Origin: a virus | Direction: 5' to 3' (one strand) | Length of the DNA stretch: 64,000 bases | Virus record (IMG/VR): IMGVR_UViG_3300020190_000007 | Coordinates: 32,001-96,000 of that record | Part shown: in pieces, positions 32,789 through 44,042 of the stretch | Layout: each line of letters begins with the position of its first letter | How positions within the stretch are numbered: position 1 is the first letter of the stretch | Made by a program: the position numbers and the translations under genes | Notes under the pieces: model-generated | Seen by the model: only the letters and a program-made list of their open reading frames with translations | The model's database searches: none | What the model was told of the DNA's origin: nothing

Positions 32789-35700
32789 TTAATCCATTTT
32801 AAAATATACTACATCCCCATCATATAACCCCAAATCGGACATAAGTTTCGATGACATACCCATACCAATTTGGGTAGATTTCGGTCCTCTGCTAATTGGT
32901 CCTTCAACTATTATTGAACCAACGGTTTTGTCTAATTGGTAATTAGGATTTACCGTTAATTGCACATTGTTTTTTGGGTTTTTAAATGTTGTTTTAGCTG
33001 TTTTTATAACATCATTAGTGATTGTTCTTGACAATTGAAAATCCACATTAAAAAATCTGTAATTTGAATCCTTAACATCAGACCATTGAATTCCATTTGT
33101 GAGATTGAATCCCTGTGTATCTTCTATTGGGTACTTTGCTCCACCCATTCTATATACAATAGTTCTAAACCATTCCTCATTACCGTTTCTAACTTTTTGT
33201 ATTAGACGAGTTTCATTATATCCATTATATGGTACGCCGAATCTGTTAATACCAACTTCTTGGATAACCGTTTCACCTTGTATATTTTTACCTTGTCTGT
33301 CCGTAACATATGGTATTCCTTGGTATATAACTGTTTGGTCGGTATCGGTATCGTTAGCGGCTCTCTGTTTGATTTTAGCAATTGCTTTTGATTGAATCTT
33401 ATCAAACAAAACTCTATAACTCGCAACAAATGAATCCCTCGGGTCGGGTAATGAGGAGTATGGTATTCGTGTTCCTGAAAAACTTGTTGAAATACTATTA
33501 CCCTTTATCTGATGAGAAACCTCGGTAATCCAATACGAGCCCCTAAACATAGGTATGTTTTTTAAATAAAAATACATAGTTGGTTGAATCATAACATTAC
33601 CCATAGCTGTAACACCACATTTATATGATGCTTGTTTGTAATAATCAAACAAACTAACATCAACATTGTGCACACCGGCGCCAGAAGCGGACCTTGACAA
33701 ATTTTCTAAAACCTCAAAGGATTCTGATGTATTTTTTAATGTGCTTTGGTCCAGTGTAACTCCTTTGAATATACCTTGATTTTGGTCACCGAAGCTTACC
33801 TCAAACGCAACTACTCTATTAGATTTAGATAAATCGTTTTGTGAAAAACTTTCTAAAGATGTTATCAATAATGGATTCGGTGTTTGCCCGCCAATGTAAA
33901 AACTATCATCAACAAACTTATATGGTTTACTATTGGACATATCAATTCTTTTCGATGTTTGTCCGGCTAATTGTATGATAACTTTTGGTGTCGCCTCTTG
34001 ATAATCAACCTCTAAGAATGTACCAAATAAATTTGAGGCAACCTTTTTTGATGGTGTTATTTTGTTCTTATTTGTCAAATTATTACCGTAAAAATTTATA
34101 TAAGCGGGTAAAGCCCTCATATCTAATCCGGTACCTTGAATTATCATGGAAATAGCGTTGTATAAAGGAAGTTTAGAGTTGTTTGGGTTCAATAAAGGTG
34201 TAAACTTATCTATGTTTAAATAAAATTTATCACCAATGTCTCTATTAGCTTTGTCTAAGAATAAAAATTCCTCTAGTAATAAACGTTGACCAATTGAATT
34301 ACCGGCGGTCCATTTATCGTTAAATGATTTGAAAGTGTTATACAATTCTAACTTTGTTTGAGTTGAATTGTAACCTCTAAACATATCAATACTAGCAGCA
34401 GGATTACCCGTGGCATTACTCGTTAAACCACCTAATAATGGTAAAAGTGTATTCAAATACAAAGCAAGTCTAGCTTCGGCCCCTTTTGGGGTATTTGTTT
34501 CACCTGTACTTTTAAGTATTATCGAATCTTGTAAATAAGTTAAAAAAGCGGCTTTGGTGTTGGTTCCTCCCGCTTCTCGATATCCACCATATATCTGAGC
34601 TAATGGTCTATGTTTTTTTATATTATCTTCAGTTAATTTTATATCTAATAAACTAAAGAAATTAACATAGTAACTATCGATATCTTCACCAATGTATAAT
34701 TTGATAAAATTAAGATTTGGTGTTGTTAAATCCGCAGCACTGAAAGGTTGTGGTTTATACGTTGTAAGAGCACGATAAGGGTCTACCGCGGTTAAACCAT
34801 ATAAAGAATTTGCGTCAATTTCTTTTGGATTAGCTAAGGTAAATTTTATTAAATTAGTGGTGTTTAATATATCTGTGGTAATTGATTGTGCATTTTTCTT
34901 TTGTCTTTCTTTCAGAGTGTTACCAATTAATAAATCAATATCGTTGCTATCATCATCTTTTTTTTCAACAACAGATAATTTTTTTAAAATGTCTTGAAAT
35001 TTAGAGTAATTTAAATTTCTAAAAATTGCATATGGTATTTCTTCATTCATTTTTTCACTAGCAAAATCAATAAAAAAACTTTCGAAGTACTCAAGTATCT
35101 GAGGACTAAATGTACCAATTAAGTCTAATGCTTTTTTGTAATTGGTTGATATCGAATACGTGTTACCTGTTGTCCTAAAATAATCATATGGACTTGGGAA
35201 GGTTTGTCCACTAAAACTAGTTGATAGGTTATCGTTTAGATACCAAAGTGTTTTGAATGTTAATTCTTCGGCTAATGTAAATGTGTTACTATCGGATATT
35301 TCACTATTTTTATGACCACCAAGAGATGGTAATAAGGTGTAATTTTTATCTGATGAGACGTATTTGGAATTATCCATTACCACGTCCCAATAATTCATAC
35401 CACTTTTTTGTGTAACCCTGTGTAGTAATTTATCTGAAGTACTTGTGGAAGAATATGAAACATTTCCTAACGTTATGTCGTAAGTGGCATAATCATTTAC
35501 TATTTGACTGTAAACAGTTTGATAAAATGGTCTTATGCCCACATTTGTGAAACCGGTATATGTGACACCTGATGTGGAGCCAGATGATGTTGATATTTTT
35601 GGTATTACATCAAAAGTTACATACTCATCAGAAACCGCTAATACTGTTGCACCTGTTAGTCCCGTAAGTGGTGTTTGTGAAATTGTAAATCCTGTAGTGC

Positions 35701-38700
35701 TTGTAATATTTGTAATATATGTGTTTGGCGCCGTTTGTCCTGTACCGGCAATAACTGTTACGGTCATTCCTGTTTGTAAATTCACCGTGCTTGTTACATT
35801 AATCGTTGTACCACTACTACTTGCGTTCGTTAATGTTTCTGATATTAACACTCCGTTATTATCAAAAAGAGTTTTACCCGATAACGGTCTGGTTAAATAA
35901 CTCGAGTTTATACACCCATTTAAAATATCATAACCATCTATTAGGTGTGTTTTATATCTATGATAAATTGAACCCCATTTCAATATCAAATGATATGGAA
36001 TAAAATGAGTGGACGATACCTCTCTAAATAAAGATGATGTTAATATTTTTTTATTCTCGAAGGTTATTTCCTCGTCTAAATCAATAAATGGTAATGAATT
36101 TAATAACAAATACGAAGAACCAACATACTTACCTTGTGGGGTTGATTTATTGAAATCATTAAATAATTGATTGTGAAAATAAGGGGTGTTTAATATTGAG
36201 GTTGTGTTTCCTGATACAGATAATGTGTTAGTAAACATGTCAACTTCACCCGATAATAATTTTGATACGTCATTATAACCTGTTTTCAACCAACTGTTTA
36301 TCTCTATCGGCGAACAAATAAATCCTTGTGAACTATTAACCTTTAGAATTCCATTGAATTTAAAATTGTCTCTCGTAAAGTTTGTCTTACCTAAATAATT
36401 CAAATATGTTGTTGAATTAAAAGGATATATGTCTGTTCTATATGCTTCAGGTTCGTAATCAATTAAAATCTTATTTAAATCGTCTTCTTTTAAATCACCC
36501 GTAGGATTAGTGGCGGATTCGTCATATTTTTCAAATTTGAATGGTTCTTCGATTACGTTTGATATGTAATTTGTTGTTGGTAAATGGTCTTTAAAATAAT
36601 TAAACCTTTCAAATGGTGACAGACCTGGTAAGTATCCATTATATACGGTAGTGGTTTTGGGTGTCCCATCTTCATTTTTTTGAATAACACCATTTTCTAA
36701 TAAATTTGTTTTTGTAACAGGAGCAATCAATTTATTTTTATTAGTTATTGTTTTTGCTAACTCAATAATGTCATTATCGTCTTTTATTAATTCTTGAATA
36801 TTTTTAAACTCTTCGTTGGCTAATTGTATAATCATTTGGTCATTAAAAGAATCAAACAGTGTTGTATAAAGAGCCCTTTCGTAAAGTTCATAAACAAATG
36901 CCGCGTAACTTTTATCAATAAATGGTATTGATTCATTTATAACGTCAATACCTGATAAGTCTTCAATTTTTTGATTTTCAGTGTTCGAATCAAAAACATA
37001 GTTTACGTCATTTCTTGTGGGTTCGTTATTTACATTTGTTTCTACCCTATTAGTAACAATTTTAATATATTCTTCAATAAAATCAACTTCAGGCCAAAGG
37101 GTTTTGTCATAAGATTTTAATTTGTGAACTAATTCTTCATCACCAGGATATGCAATTACATTTTGTTTACCACCACCTTGGGGTTTTTTTACTTCAGGCC
37201 ATGGATATATATTTTCACCCTTAGATTCTTTTGATAAGTTTGTGAGTGTTTTTTTTCTATTGTTCGCGGCTTCAAACGCTTTATTATGAACGTCCTTCAT
37301 TAATCTTATGAAAACTTCGGCATTGGCCAATAGGACCGCGAACATGTTTCTAACGGTAGGTTCAAACCCAAATCCATATTCATTACTTTTAATGACCTTG
37401 TTCATTTCTCTTTCAACATCGTCTTCAACTTTTTTTCTTTGTTCCTCAAATGATTTTCTGATTTGAAATATGTCTTCAAAAATTCCATCAATATAAACGA
37501 CAACTTTTTTGTCATTGAGAACCTTATAATATGAACTAATATTTTTTACGTTTCTAATTGAGATTCTTTTAAAATCCCCACTTGTTTTATTTATTAAGAC
37601 ATTATTATTGTATAATTCTTGGGTTAAAAGCTTGGTTTTACCCATCGCGGTATTGAAACTGGTTAAAAGAAGTTCAAGAGCTCCCGCACCATTACCTAAT
37701 ATGTGTTTTGTTTCTGTTTTATCTTTTGCATTCAAATAAAACCACAAATCACTAACAGTCTCGTTGTTTGTTGAGGTTTTAGTAAATGATGTATATTCTT
37801 GTGATAGATACTGTTTACCCCAAGCTTTTATTGAATTTTCAAAATCATTGAGAAGGGTGTCCATTTCTTTTATACCAGAAAAGACATCCATACTGACTTT
37901 ACTAAAAATTTGTTGTTCTAGTATTTTATCAAGACTTTCCGCGATGTACCCAATTTCTTTTAGTGTACGAACAGGAAAACCTTTCGGGATTAAACCTTTT
38001 TGTTCATACTGCCTATATACTGATTTTAATATCGAATAACCTCTTGATGATTGTTTTACTGTCGTTTCGTATAATCCAGTGTTTTGATTAAATTTTGTAT
38101 TGTCTTTTTCTTCAACCAAAAACATATAAGGACAGTTAATAATCGCTGATAGAGGAATGTCATTCAACCACGCAAAAGTGGAACCCACAAATTTTGTTGT
38201 GATTTCAAAATTACCATTAGAATCATTAAATCTAGATTTGAAATCAATCATATGTAATCTGTATCGAATAGCTTTACCATAATAACCTTTAACAGTTAAA
38301 TAAAAGATTGGCCATGGTAAATGGAAAAAAGCCCTGTATGGTGAATTTTCTGAGGATTCAAAAAGTGTTTTTCCTCTTACGTCAACAAAGTTTATAGTAA
38401 TTTGTGGAACAAAGTTAGCCCCTTTTACATCGATGTTTATTGAATCAATACCAAATGTTTGTGCGGTTGGGTCTTTAAATTGGTCTTCACCAAATGTTAC
38501 ATCATATCCGTCTTTATATGTGGATTCTTGTCCTTGAATTGGTTTTGGAACAAAGGCATCCGTCCATGTTGTGTCAAAGTTACCGTCTCCACTAGCGTTT
38601 CTTAAGAAATTAAGATTACCCTTAGCAATTTGTGTTAAGGTATTTCCTAAATTATCATCAGCAATGAGAGTCGTTCTTGGAATTAAATCAGCTTCCAAGT

Positions 38701-38854
38701 TCGCATACATGACTAAGTTTTCTTGTTTATGTCCTCTTGGTTGAACTTCTCCGTTTGAATCGACAACACTATTTGGGTCAACATAAATAAGATTGTTTTG
38801 GTCAACTTTTACAAGTATGTTTTCATTATTTGGGTAATCATTATTGCTCGCCAT
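32789..38854 (-). CDS. Baseplate hub protein (gp27/gpD-like) with C-terminal RlpA-like barrel
   Basis: Hub signature VTAMGNVMIQPTMYFYLKNIPMFRGSYWITEVSHQI...STSFSGTR; follows LysM and tube-initiator genes in the canonical order. Confidence 0.7.
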   Translation of the reverse strand: MASNNDYPNNENILVKVDQNNLIYVDPNSVVDSNGEVQPRGHKQENLVMYANLEADLIPRTTLIADDNLGNTLTQIAKGNLNFLRNASGDGNFDTTWTDAFVPKPIQGQESTYKDGYDVTFGEDQFKDPTAQTFGIDSINIDVKGANFVPQITINFVDVRGKTLFESSENSPYRAFFHLPWPIFYLTVKGYYGKAIRYRLHMIDFKSRFNDSNGNFEITTKFVGSTFAWLNDIPLSAIINCPYMFLVEEKDNTKFNQNTGLYETTVKQSSRGYSILKSVYRQYEQKGLIPKGFPVRTLKEIGYIAESLDKILEQQIFSKVSMDVFSGIKEMDTLLNDFENSIKAWGKQYLSQEYTSFTKTSTNNETVSDLWFYLNAKDKTETKHILGNGAGALELLLTSFNTAMGKTKLLTQELYNNNVLINKTSGDFKRISIRNVKNISSYYKVLNDKKVVVYIDGIFEDIFQIRKSFEEQRKKVEDDVEREMNKVIKSNEYGFGFEPTVRNMFAVLLANAEVFIRLMKDVHNKAFEAANNRKKTLTNLSKESKGENIYPWPEVKKPQGGGKQNVIAYPGDEELVHKLKSYDKTLWPEVDFIEEYIKIVTNRVETNVNNEPTRNDVNYVFDSNTENQKIEDLSGIDVINESIPFIDKSYAAFVYELYERALYTTLFDSFNDQMIIQLANEEFKNIQELIKDDNDIIELAKTITNKNKLIAPVTKTNLLENGVIQKNEDGTPKTTTVYNGYLPGLSPFERFNYFKDHLPTTNYISNVIEEPFKFEKYDESATNPTGDLKEDDLNKILIDYEPEAYRTDIYPFNSTTYLNYLGKTNFTRDNFKFNGILKVNSSQGFICSPIEINSWLKTGYNDVSKLLSGEVDMFTNTLSVSGNTTSILNTPYFHNQLFNDFNKSTPQGKYVGSSYLLLNSLPFIDLDEEITFENKKILTSSLFREVSSTHFIPYHLILKWGSIYHRYKTHLIDGYDILNGCINSSYLTRPLSGKTLFDNNGVLISETLTNASSSGTTINVTSTVNLQTGMTVTVIAGTGQTAPNTYITNITSTTGFTISQTPLTGLTGATVLAVSDEYVTFDVIPKISTSSGSTSGVTYTGFTNVGIRPFYQTVYSQIVNDYATYDITLGNVSYSSTSTSDKLLHRVTQKSGMNYWDVVMDNSKYVSSDKNYTLLPSLGGHKNSEISDSNTFTLAEELTFKTLWYLNDNLSTSFSGQTFPSPYDYFRTTGNTYSISTNYKKALDLIGTFSPQILEYFESFFIDFASEKMNEEIPYAIFRNLNYSKFQDILKKLSVVEKKDDDSNDIDLLIGNTLKERQKKNAQSITTDILNTTNLIKFTLANPKEIDANSLYGLTAVDPYRALTTYKPQPFSAADLTTPNLNFIKLYIGEDIDSYYVNFFSLLDIKLTEDNIKKHRPLAQIYGGYREAGGTNTKAAFLTYLQDSIILKSTGETNTPKGAEARLALYLNTLLPLLGGLTSNATGNPAASIDMFRGYNSTQTKLELYNTFKSFNDKWTAGNSIGQRLLLEEFLFLDKANRDIGDKFYLNIDKFTPLLNPNNSKLPLYNAISMIIQGTGLDMRALPAYINFYGNNLTNKNKITPSKKVASNLFGTFLEVDYQEATPKVIIQLAGQTSKRIDMSNSKPYKFVDDSFYIGGQTPNPLLITSLESFSQNDLSKSNRVVAFEVSFGDQNQGIFKGVTLDQSTLKNTSESFEVLENLSRSASGAGVHNVDVSLFDYYKQASYKCGVTAMGNVMIQPTMYFYLKNIPMFRGSYWITEVSHQIKGNSISTSFSGTRIPYSSLPDPRDSFVASYRVLFDKIQSKAIAKIKQRAANDTDTDQTVIYQGIPYVTDRQGKNIQGETVIQEVGINRFGVPYNGYNETRLIQKVRNGNEEWFRTIVYRMGGAKYPIEDTQGFNLTNGIQWSDVKDSNYRFFNVDFQLSRTITNDVIKTAKTTFKNPKNNVQLTVNPNYQLDKTVGSIIVEGPISRGPKSTQIGMGMSSKLMSDLGLYDGDVVYFKMD

Positions 38855-39167
38855 AATATAGATTATATAATTCTATACTTCTTTTATAATCTTGTAAAGA
38901 CGTTGTAAGAGGAAAGGGTACTCTAATAACAGTATTATCAGGTATTTCAAATTCAATACTTCCCGCCGTTGGATTTGCCTGTAATATTAACCATCCAAAC
39001 ACTGGTGAACCATAATAATCTTGCGATATTTTATCAAACCTATCTCTACCCTTTTTATAAAACATATATCTATCCGAAGATTTTATTGGGATTTCAATCC
39101 CTGGTACAATCCTAAATTTACCGTCTTCAATAAAAAACTGATATCTATCAAAATACTGTCTACTCAT
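38841..39167 (-). CDS. LysM-type baseplate wedge protein (T4 gp53 / P2 gpX-like)
   Basis: KGRDRFDKISQDYYGSPVFGWLILQANP...VIRVP. Confidence 0.82.
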   Translation of the reverse strand: MSRQYFDRYQFFIEDGKFRIVPGIEIPIKSSDRYMFYKKGRDRFDKISQDYYGSPVFGWLILQANPTAGSIEFEIPDNTVIRVPFPLTTSLQDYKRSIELYNLYYGEQ

Positions 39168-42100
39168 TATTGTGGTCTATAATAATTTAATTTATCTGTA
39201 ACTTCGTTTGATGTTGAAAAGATTTGGTTCGCTTCATCTATTATTGTTTGGTTTGTTTCATCTGTTGTGGATGAAATTCCAAACTTAATTTCTTTATCGC
39301 TTTTCCTTTTTTTGAATTTTGTTAATTTAAATTTCTGTTCTTCTGGTTTTTCAACAAATTTATTTAATCTTTTTTTCAATTGATTTTTTAAATGGTCTTT
39401 ATATAACAAAGGGTCTTTTAGCTCTGATATAAATGCTTCTACTTTATCGAATAACAATTGTTTCATCATAAATTCAAAATCCGCCGATTGTATTGTTGGA
39501 TTTAAAAATGTAATATTGGTAGATAAACCATCAACTAATTTCGGTGCGTTTGTCTCAATATAATCAACACATGTACTGTATTCGTTATATAACAAATCCG
39601 AAGTAAAACCACTTATTGCAACAGATTTAACAATACTATCTTGTACTGTTGAATCTTTACCATTTTTAATAACAAAATTAACCCTATCTAAATCAGATAT
39701 TAATTGATTTCTTGATTTTTCCAATTCATCCAATATTTGAGTAGAATCGGTGAGTTCATTTATTTTATTTTCAATTATCTCTTTAGTTATAAAATCTTTT
39801 AATTTGACATTTGTATCTGTAAGTATTGAGCCGGTCATTTCTTTATCAAACTCAACCATATTAACTAAATAAGTTGAAGACGAGTCATTAAGAAAATTAG
39901 CCAACCCTGTTTTTAATCCTGATGTATAAACGGTTAATTCTTGTGTCTTTTTATATAAACCAAGTAATGATAATGTTTTACCCGGTGTTGGTGATGTTGA
40001 GGTGTAAATGTCGTATTGATTTATTGGTCTATATTCACCCTTAAATAAAAGAGCAGTAATATCTTTACCGTATTTTGTATAAACTTTGTTATACGTGTCT
40101 TGATACTTATCAAAATAACTTTCTGTTGAGGTGAAGACGGATTTAATTATGTCCGTATATTTTATACTGTTACCATCAAGGGTACCCATATAATTTCCAT
40201 CTTTTACATTTTTAGTATTTTGAGATTGATTGTTTTTGTTAATGGCGTTTGTATAAGTTTTGTTCAAATCTGCTAAAAATTCACGAGTAAATTCTTCAGC
40301 ATTTCTACCTCCAATAGTTTCGTTTGTTGCGATTGACCTCTCATCGTACATTTCTGTGTTTGCAAAGAAATTAGATGATAAGGCGTTTTGTAATCTTTCA
40401 ACAGGTTTAGATAATCCTTGTCCACCAATAAAATTTATAGATAATGTTACCGACGCAATCATAGGTTGAACTCCAATGCCTTCGGGGTTCAAATCAAATA
40501 GTATTTGCCCACCGTCATCATAAGAAATGTTTACATCTCTAATTACTATTTTTGAGTGATAAAAATCGCCAATTCTTAAGACACAAACAGGCGGTGGTCC
40601 AAACGCGGTGTTTCTTGCTCTAACATCTGATTCTTCCGAAATACCTTTAATTGGGATGGTGTCTCCCGGTCTAATACATTGTTGTAAAAATGTAAGTCTA
40701 GCATTTAAACCTTCAGGTGTTGTTGAATGAAATGCTGGATGAAAATATTTTAATTTTTCTTTAAGTGATGAGAAAACAATCGGGTCAGTTTCTTCTAATT
40801 TTTTAAAGTAAAAACATTCGGATAGTGTTTTTGCGATAATTCTTTTTAGTGGGTCAATGGCGGGTTTTCTTGTTGGTGGGTTCACAACAACCTGTCCATT
40901 TTCTTCTATTTTTGTTATAGGTGGTTGTGGTGTTGGTGTATCGGGTTGTTTCTTCTCTGATTTATTATTGTACTTTAAAGACATTGCCGTTTGTCTACAA
41001 TAGAACGCAATTGGTGAGTATTGTTTTAATTTTGGTACTCTAACGAAATCTTTATTAACACAATCTTTATCAGGTTGGGTCCCAGTTAATGTTTCACCAT
41101 AATTGACCGATTCTACAATAATTTTAGTATCATGTTCAAATCCAAAATCTTTTGTATTATACTCTTTTAATATAACAATCGGTTGTCCTTGTTGAATTAT
41201 TTCTTTATCGTTTTCAGAGTTATCTTTGTTTACTAAATTTAAATTTTCTGGCCATTTTATTTGCCATTCTTTTTTTCCTCCGACAGCCGATAATCTATCA
41301 AAAATATCTTGAATTACGGAGTGACTTCTTCTTAGTGATAATCTTTCGTTGTAATCATTAGTCGCAACTGATGAACATGAAGATAAAATTTGAAATCTAA
41401 TTGTTTCCGCCGTTTTACCAGATATGTCTGATATTAAACTATTTAAACTAGATACGTATTTATTAAATGACACATCAGCTTGGTCAAAATAATCACCGAT
41501 TTTTGTTTTTTGAGCATCAATGTCGGATTGTGTTATAACGTGATTAGCATCACCAAAAATAAAAGATTTTTCTGTTTTTACTTGAGTGTCTGTTTGAGAC
41601 AAACCAGTTAAAGTATTTAACGCGGCACCTAATTCATCAATATAAGCTTGTTTTTGGCCTTTGTAATCGTCGTATAATTCTGTATAATTTTTTGTGGTAT
41701 CAAGGTCTAAACTTGGTCCCGGTCTATCATTTTCATACTTTAATTTAATTATAACCTCATCAACAGGTTTAGAATCTGCTTCGTTACCTTGTGTTGTCGT
41801 GTTTGTTGGTGTTGTCTCTGTTGGGTACTCAGTGGTTACCTTATATTGTTTGATAGTTTCAGGGTCTTGTCCTTGATTTAATAAACTTTGAATCAGTTTT
41901 ATATCGTTTGTATCTAATTGAGTAAATCTTCTAATTAATTCGTAGAAATCCAATTCCTTACAACCAGCAAAAAAAGCGTTGATATAATTTTCAGATTCTT
42001 CCTCTGACATTCCTTTGAAAAGTTCTCTCACTAATAAATTTAAGATACTCGGGTGGTCAACAACAACCTTAAATGATAATTGCCCACTTCTTGATGTGTC

Positions 42101-44014
42101 TTGATATGTATATATTGGTTCGGGTCTACCCAAAAAAGTATTGTCTTGCCATCTCGCTTGGTTGTTTTCACTAATCTTTAAATCGTATGGTGGAAACCAC
42201 ATAACCCTACCCCCATTGTTACCTCTTTCACAAAATGGTAAATCATTGTATGTAAATCCTGGTGTATTTGATGTTCTCCATGCTAAGTTTTCAATTGAAA
42301 ACATATATTTTTTAGCATAAAATCCATCACCCGTTCCGACACCGTTTGGTGTTTCAAATATATTTGTTGAGTTTTTAGACCCAAATGAATTTTTAAAACT
42401 ATTTTTTGCATCATAGTTTCCGCTTGATATAGGTGCAATATTAATATTATACGGTCTACTATCACCACCCATTACACTATCATCGAACTTTCTAATATTA
42501 GCGGTTCTTTTCATTGTATCTGAATAGTTCATATAGGACCTATCTTTAGTCCAAACACGACAATATTCAGCTCCTGTTTCTTGTTTATACTTATCAACAA
42601 ACTTAATTGCGGAACCTCGTGACAACATACTATCACCCTCTTTAAAGATTCTACTGGTTTGGTCAATAACGTTACCAACATGTGTTCTTGTTGCTTGACC
42701 ATCTTTAGGCATTGAATCCAATATTTCTTGAGTTTTACCTAAAATTGAATCTTCTCTAAATCCGTATTTTGTTGAAATTGAATTGTTATAATCGTTACTT
42801 TCTCTTGATTGGAATTCCTCGTTCCATAATCCAATCTTATTCTTTGAGTTTTTACTAATCCACGTAAGTTTACCACTAATTGGTCCACCTTGGGAAATAT
42901 TTCTTTGTCTCTCAAATAAAGCGGCTTGTACCGGGTCAAACATTAAACTTAAGAAGTAACTACTTTTAACCATGTTGTCATTAAAATCTGACATAGTATA
43001 TTTTACGTCTTCCGCTCTATCGTCTCCAATATAAGCAACACCTTTTGGTGCTTCAAGTCCTAAAAAGTTTTTAATTCCACCGGCAACATTGTTTGCAAAA
43101 TTAAAAAGTTTTGATGATTGTTGTGACCTTGCTGTTGTTGTGTAATTTGGTGCGTATGTTGAATATGATAATTGGTCAAACAAAATTTGTTTCTGACCCT
43201 CACCTAAGTATTCAACCATTAAGTCAGATGGTTTTCTACCTAATTTTGGTCTTCTTTGAATACCAACTAAACTACCTAAAACACCTGTTACATCTTGTAA
43301 TATCGCACCCGCTTCGGTTTTTGGTGTCGGTCTATTTACAATAGGGTTTCTTGGGTTGCTTAAATAATCTCCTGGTATTTCACTAAATGGAAATTCAATA
43401 CCCGCAACCGTTTGGAGAAAATCTACACCTTTACCTAATAAACTTTTAGCAACAGTAATTTTATAGTTTTTTTCAATTAGAGGTTCTCTTCCTGTAACTA
43501 TGTTTATCGCTGTTGCGATGTTACCATCCAATGCGTCAAGTATTCTAGCCCTACCTAAAGTTGCTGATTCTAAATTTTGTTGTAGTCTGGCTAATACAGG
43601 ACCTTGTTTGTTTTCTCTAATATTTTGTGTAGCAAATTTCATTAACCTCGAATCGTCATCGAAGTTTTGACCCGCCATAATACTAACTAAATTAGTTGTT
43701 TGGGGTTCAAACGAATTAATATAACCCGCAGATAAAATACCACCATTTAGTTGTGATAAAGTTGGTAAAGACGTGTTTGTGTATTCCTCAATAGTGCTAT
43801 TTGGTGGAATATATAGGTTAATAAAATTTTGACCAAAGTATACCGACCAATTTGTTTTAACATCACCAGGGTCAACATTAGCAAAATTGTTTAGATTTTG
43901 AACAACGTAATTTGTATCAGTAAACGTTTGAGGTCCATTGGGTCTGTTTAGGGTTTTTGAAATTAAAAAATCTCTAAACGCTTTGGTAGTATTAAAATCT
44001 AAATATGTTGGCAT
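39167..44014 (-). CDS. Tail tube initiator (gp48/gp54-like) with inserted OmpA-like peptidoglycan-binding domain
   Basis: FPPYDLKISE...WQDNTFLGRPEPIYTYQDTSRSGQLSF and PPVCVLRIGDFY...PMIASVTLSINFIG tube-fold motifs; YNERLSLRRSHSV OmpA-like motif; directly after the tape measure gene. Confidence 0.68.
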   Translation of the reverse strand: MPTYLDFNTTKAFRDFLISKTLNRPNGPQTFTDTNYVVQNLNNFANVDPGDVKTNWSVYFGQNFINLYIPPNSTIEEYTNTSLPTLSQLNGGILSAGYINSFEPQTTNLVSIMAGQNFDDDSRLMKFATQNIRENKQGPVLARLQQNLESATLGRARILDALDGNIATAINIVTGREPLIEKNYKITVAKSLLGKGVDFLQTVAGIEFPFSEIPGDYLSNPRNPIVNRPTPKTEAGAILQDVTGVLGSLVGIQRRPKLGRKPSDLMVEYLGEGQKQILFDQLSYSTYAPNYTTTARSQQSSKLFNFANNVAGGIKNFLGLEAPKGVAYIGDDRAEDVKYTMSDFNDNMVKSSYFLSLMFDPVQAALFERQRNISQGGPISGKLTWISKNSKNKIGLWNEEFQSRESNDYNNSISTKYGFREDSILGKTQEILDSMPKDGQATRTHVGNVIDQTSRIFKEGDSMLSRGSAIKFVDKYKQETGAEYCRVWTKDRSYMNYSDTMKRTANIRKFDDSVMGGDSRPYNINIAPISSGNYDAKNSFKNSFGSKNSTNIFETPNGVGTGDGFYAKKYMFSIENLAWRTSNTPGFTYNDLPFCERGNNGGRVMWFPPYDLKISENNQARWQDNTFLGRPEPIYTYQDTSRSGQLSFKVVVDHPSILNLLVRELFKGMSEEESENYINAFFAGCKELDFYELIRRFTQLDTNDIKLIQSLLNQGQDPETIKQYKVTTEYPTETTPTNTTTQGNEADSKPVDEVIIKLKYENDRPGPSLDLDTTKNYTELYDDYKGQKQAYIDELGAALNTLTGLSQTDTQVKTEKSFIFGDANHVITQSDIDAQKTKIGDYFDQADVSFNKYVSSLNSLISDISGKTAETIRFQILSSCSSVATNDYNERLSLRRSHSVIQDIFDRLSAVGGKKEWQIKWPENLNLVNKDNSENDKEIIQQGQPIVILKEYNTKDFGFEHDTKIIVESVNYGETLTGTQPDKDCVNKDFVRVPKLKQYSPIAFYCRQTAMSLKYNNKSEKKQPDTPTPQPPITKIEENGQVVVNPPTRKPAIDPLKRIIAKTLSECFYFKKLEETDPIVFSSLKEKLKYFHPAFHSTTPEGLNARLTFLQQCIRPGDTIPIKGISEESDVRARNTAFGPPPVCVLRIGDFYHSKIVIRDVNISYDDGGQILFDLNPEGIGVQPMIASVTLSINFIGGQGLSKPVERLQNALSSNFFANTEMYDERSIATNETIGGRNAEEFTREFLADLNKTYTNAINKNNQSQNTKNVKDGNYMGTLDGNSIKYTDIIKSVFTSTESYFDKYQDTYNKVYTKYGKDITALLFKGEYRPINQYDIYTSTSPTPGKTLSLLGLYKKTQELTVYTSGLKTGLANFLNDSSSTYLVNMVEFDKEMTGSILTDTNVKLKDFITKEIIENKINELTDSTQILDELEKSRNQLISDLDRVNFVIKNGKDSTVQDSIVKSVAISGFTSDLLYNEYSTCVDYIETNAPKLVDGLSTNITFLNPTIQSADFEFMMKQLLFDKVEAFISELKDPLLYKDHLKNQLKKRLNKFVEKPEEQKFKLTKFKKRKSDKEIKFGISSTTDETNQTIIDEANQIFSTSNEVTDKLNYYRPQ

Positions 44015-44021
44015 TTACATT

Positions 44022-44028
44022 ATAAATA
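44022..44028 (-). promoter_or_regulatory. Putative late promoter motif TATTTAT
   Basis: 7 nt before ATG at 44014. Confidence 0.55.
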
Positions 44029-44042
44029 GAAACTTTTTAATT

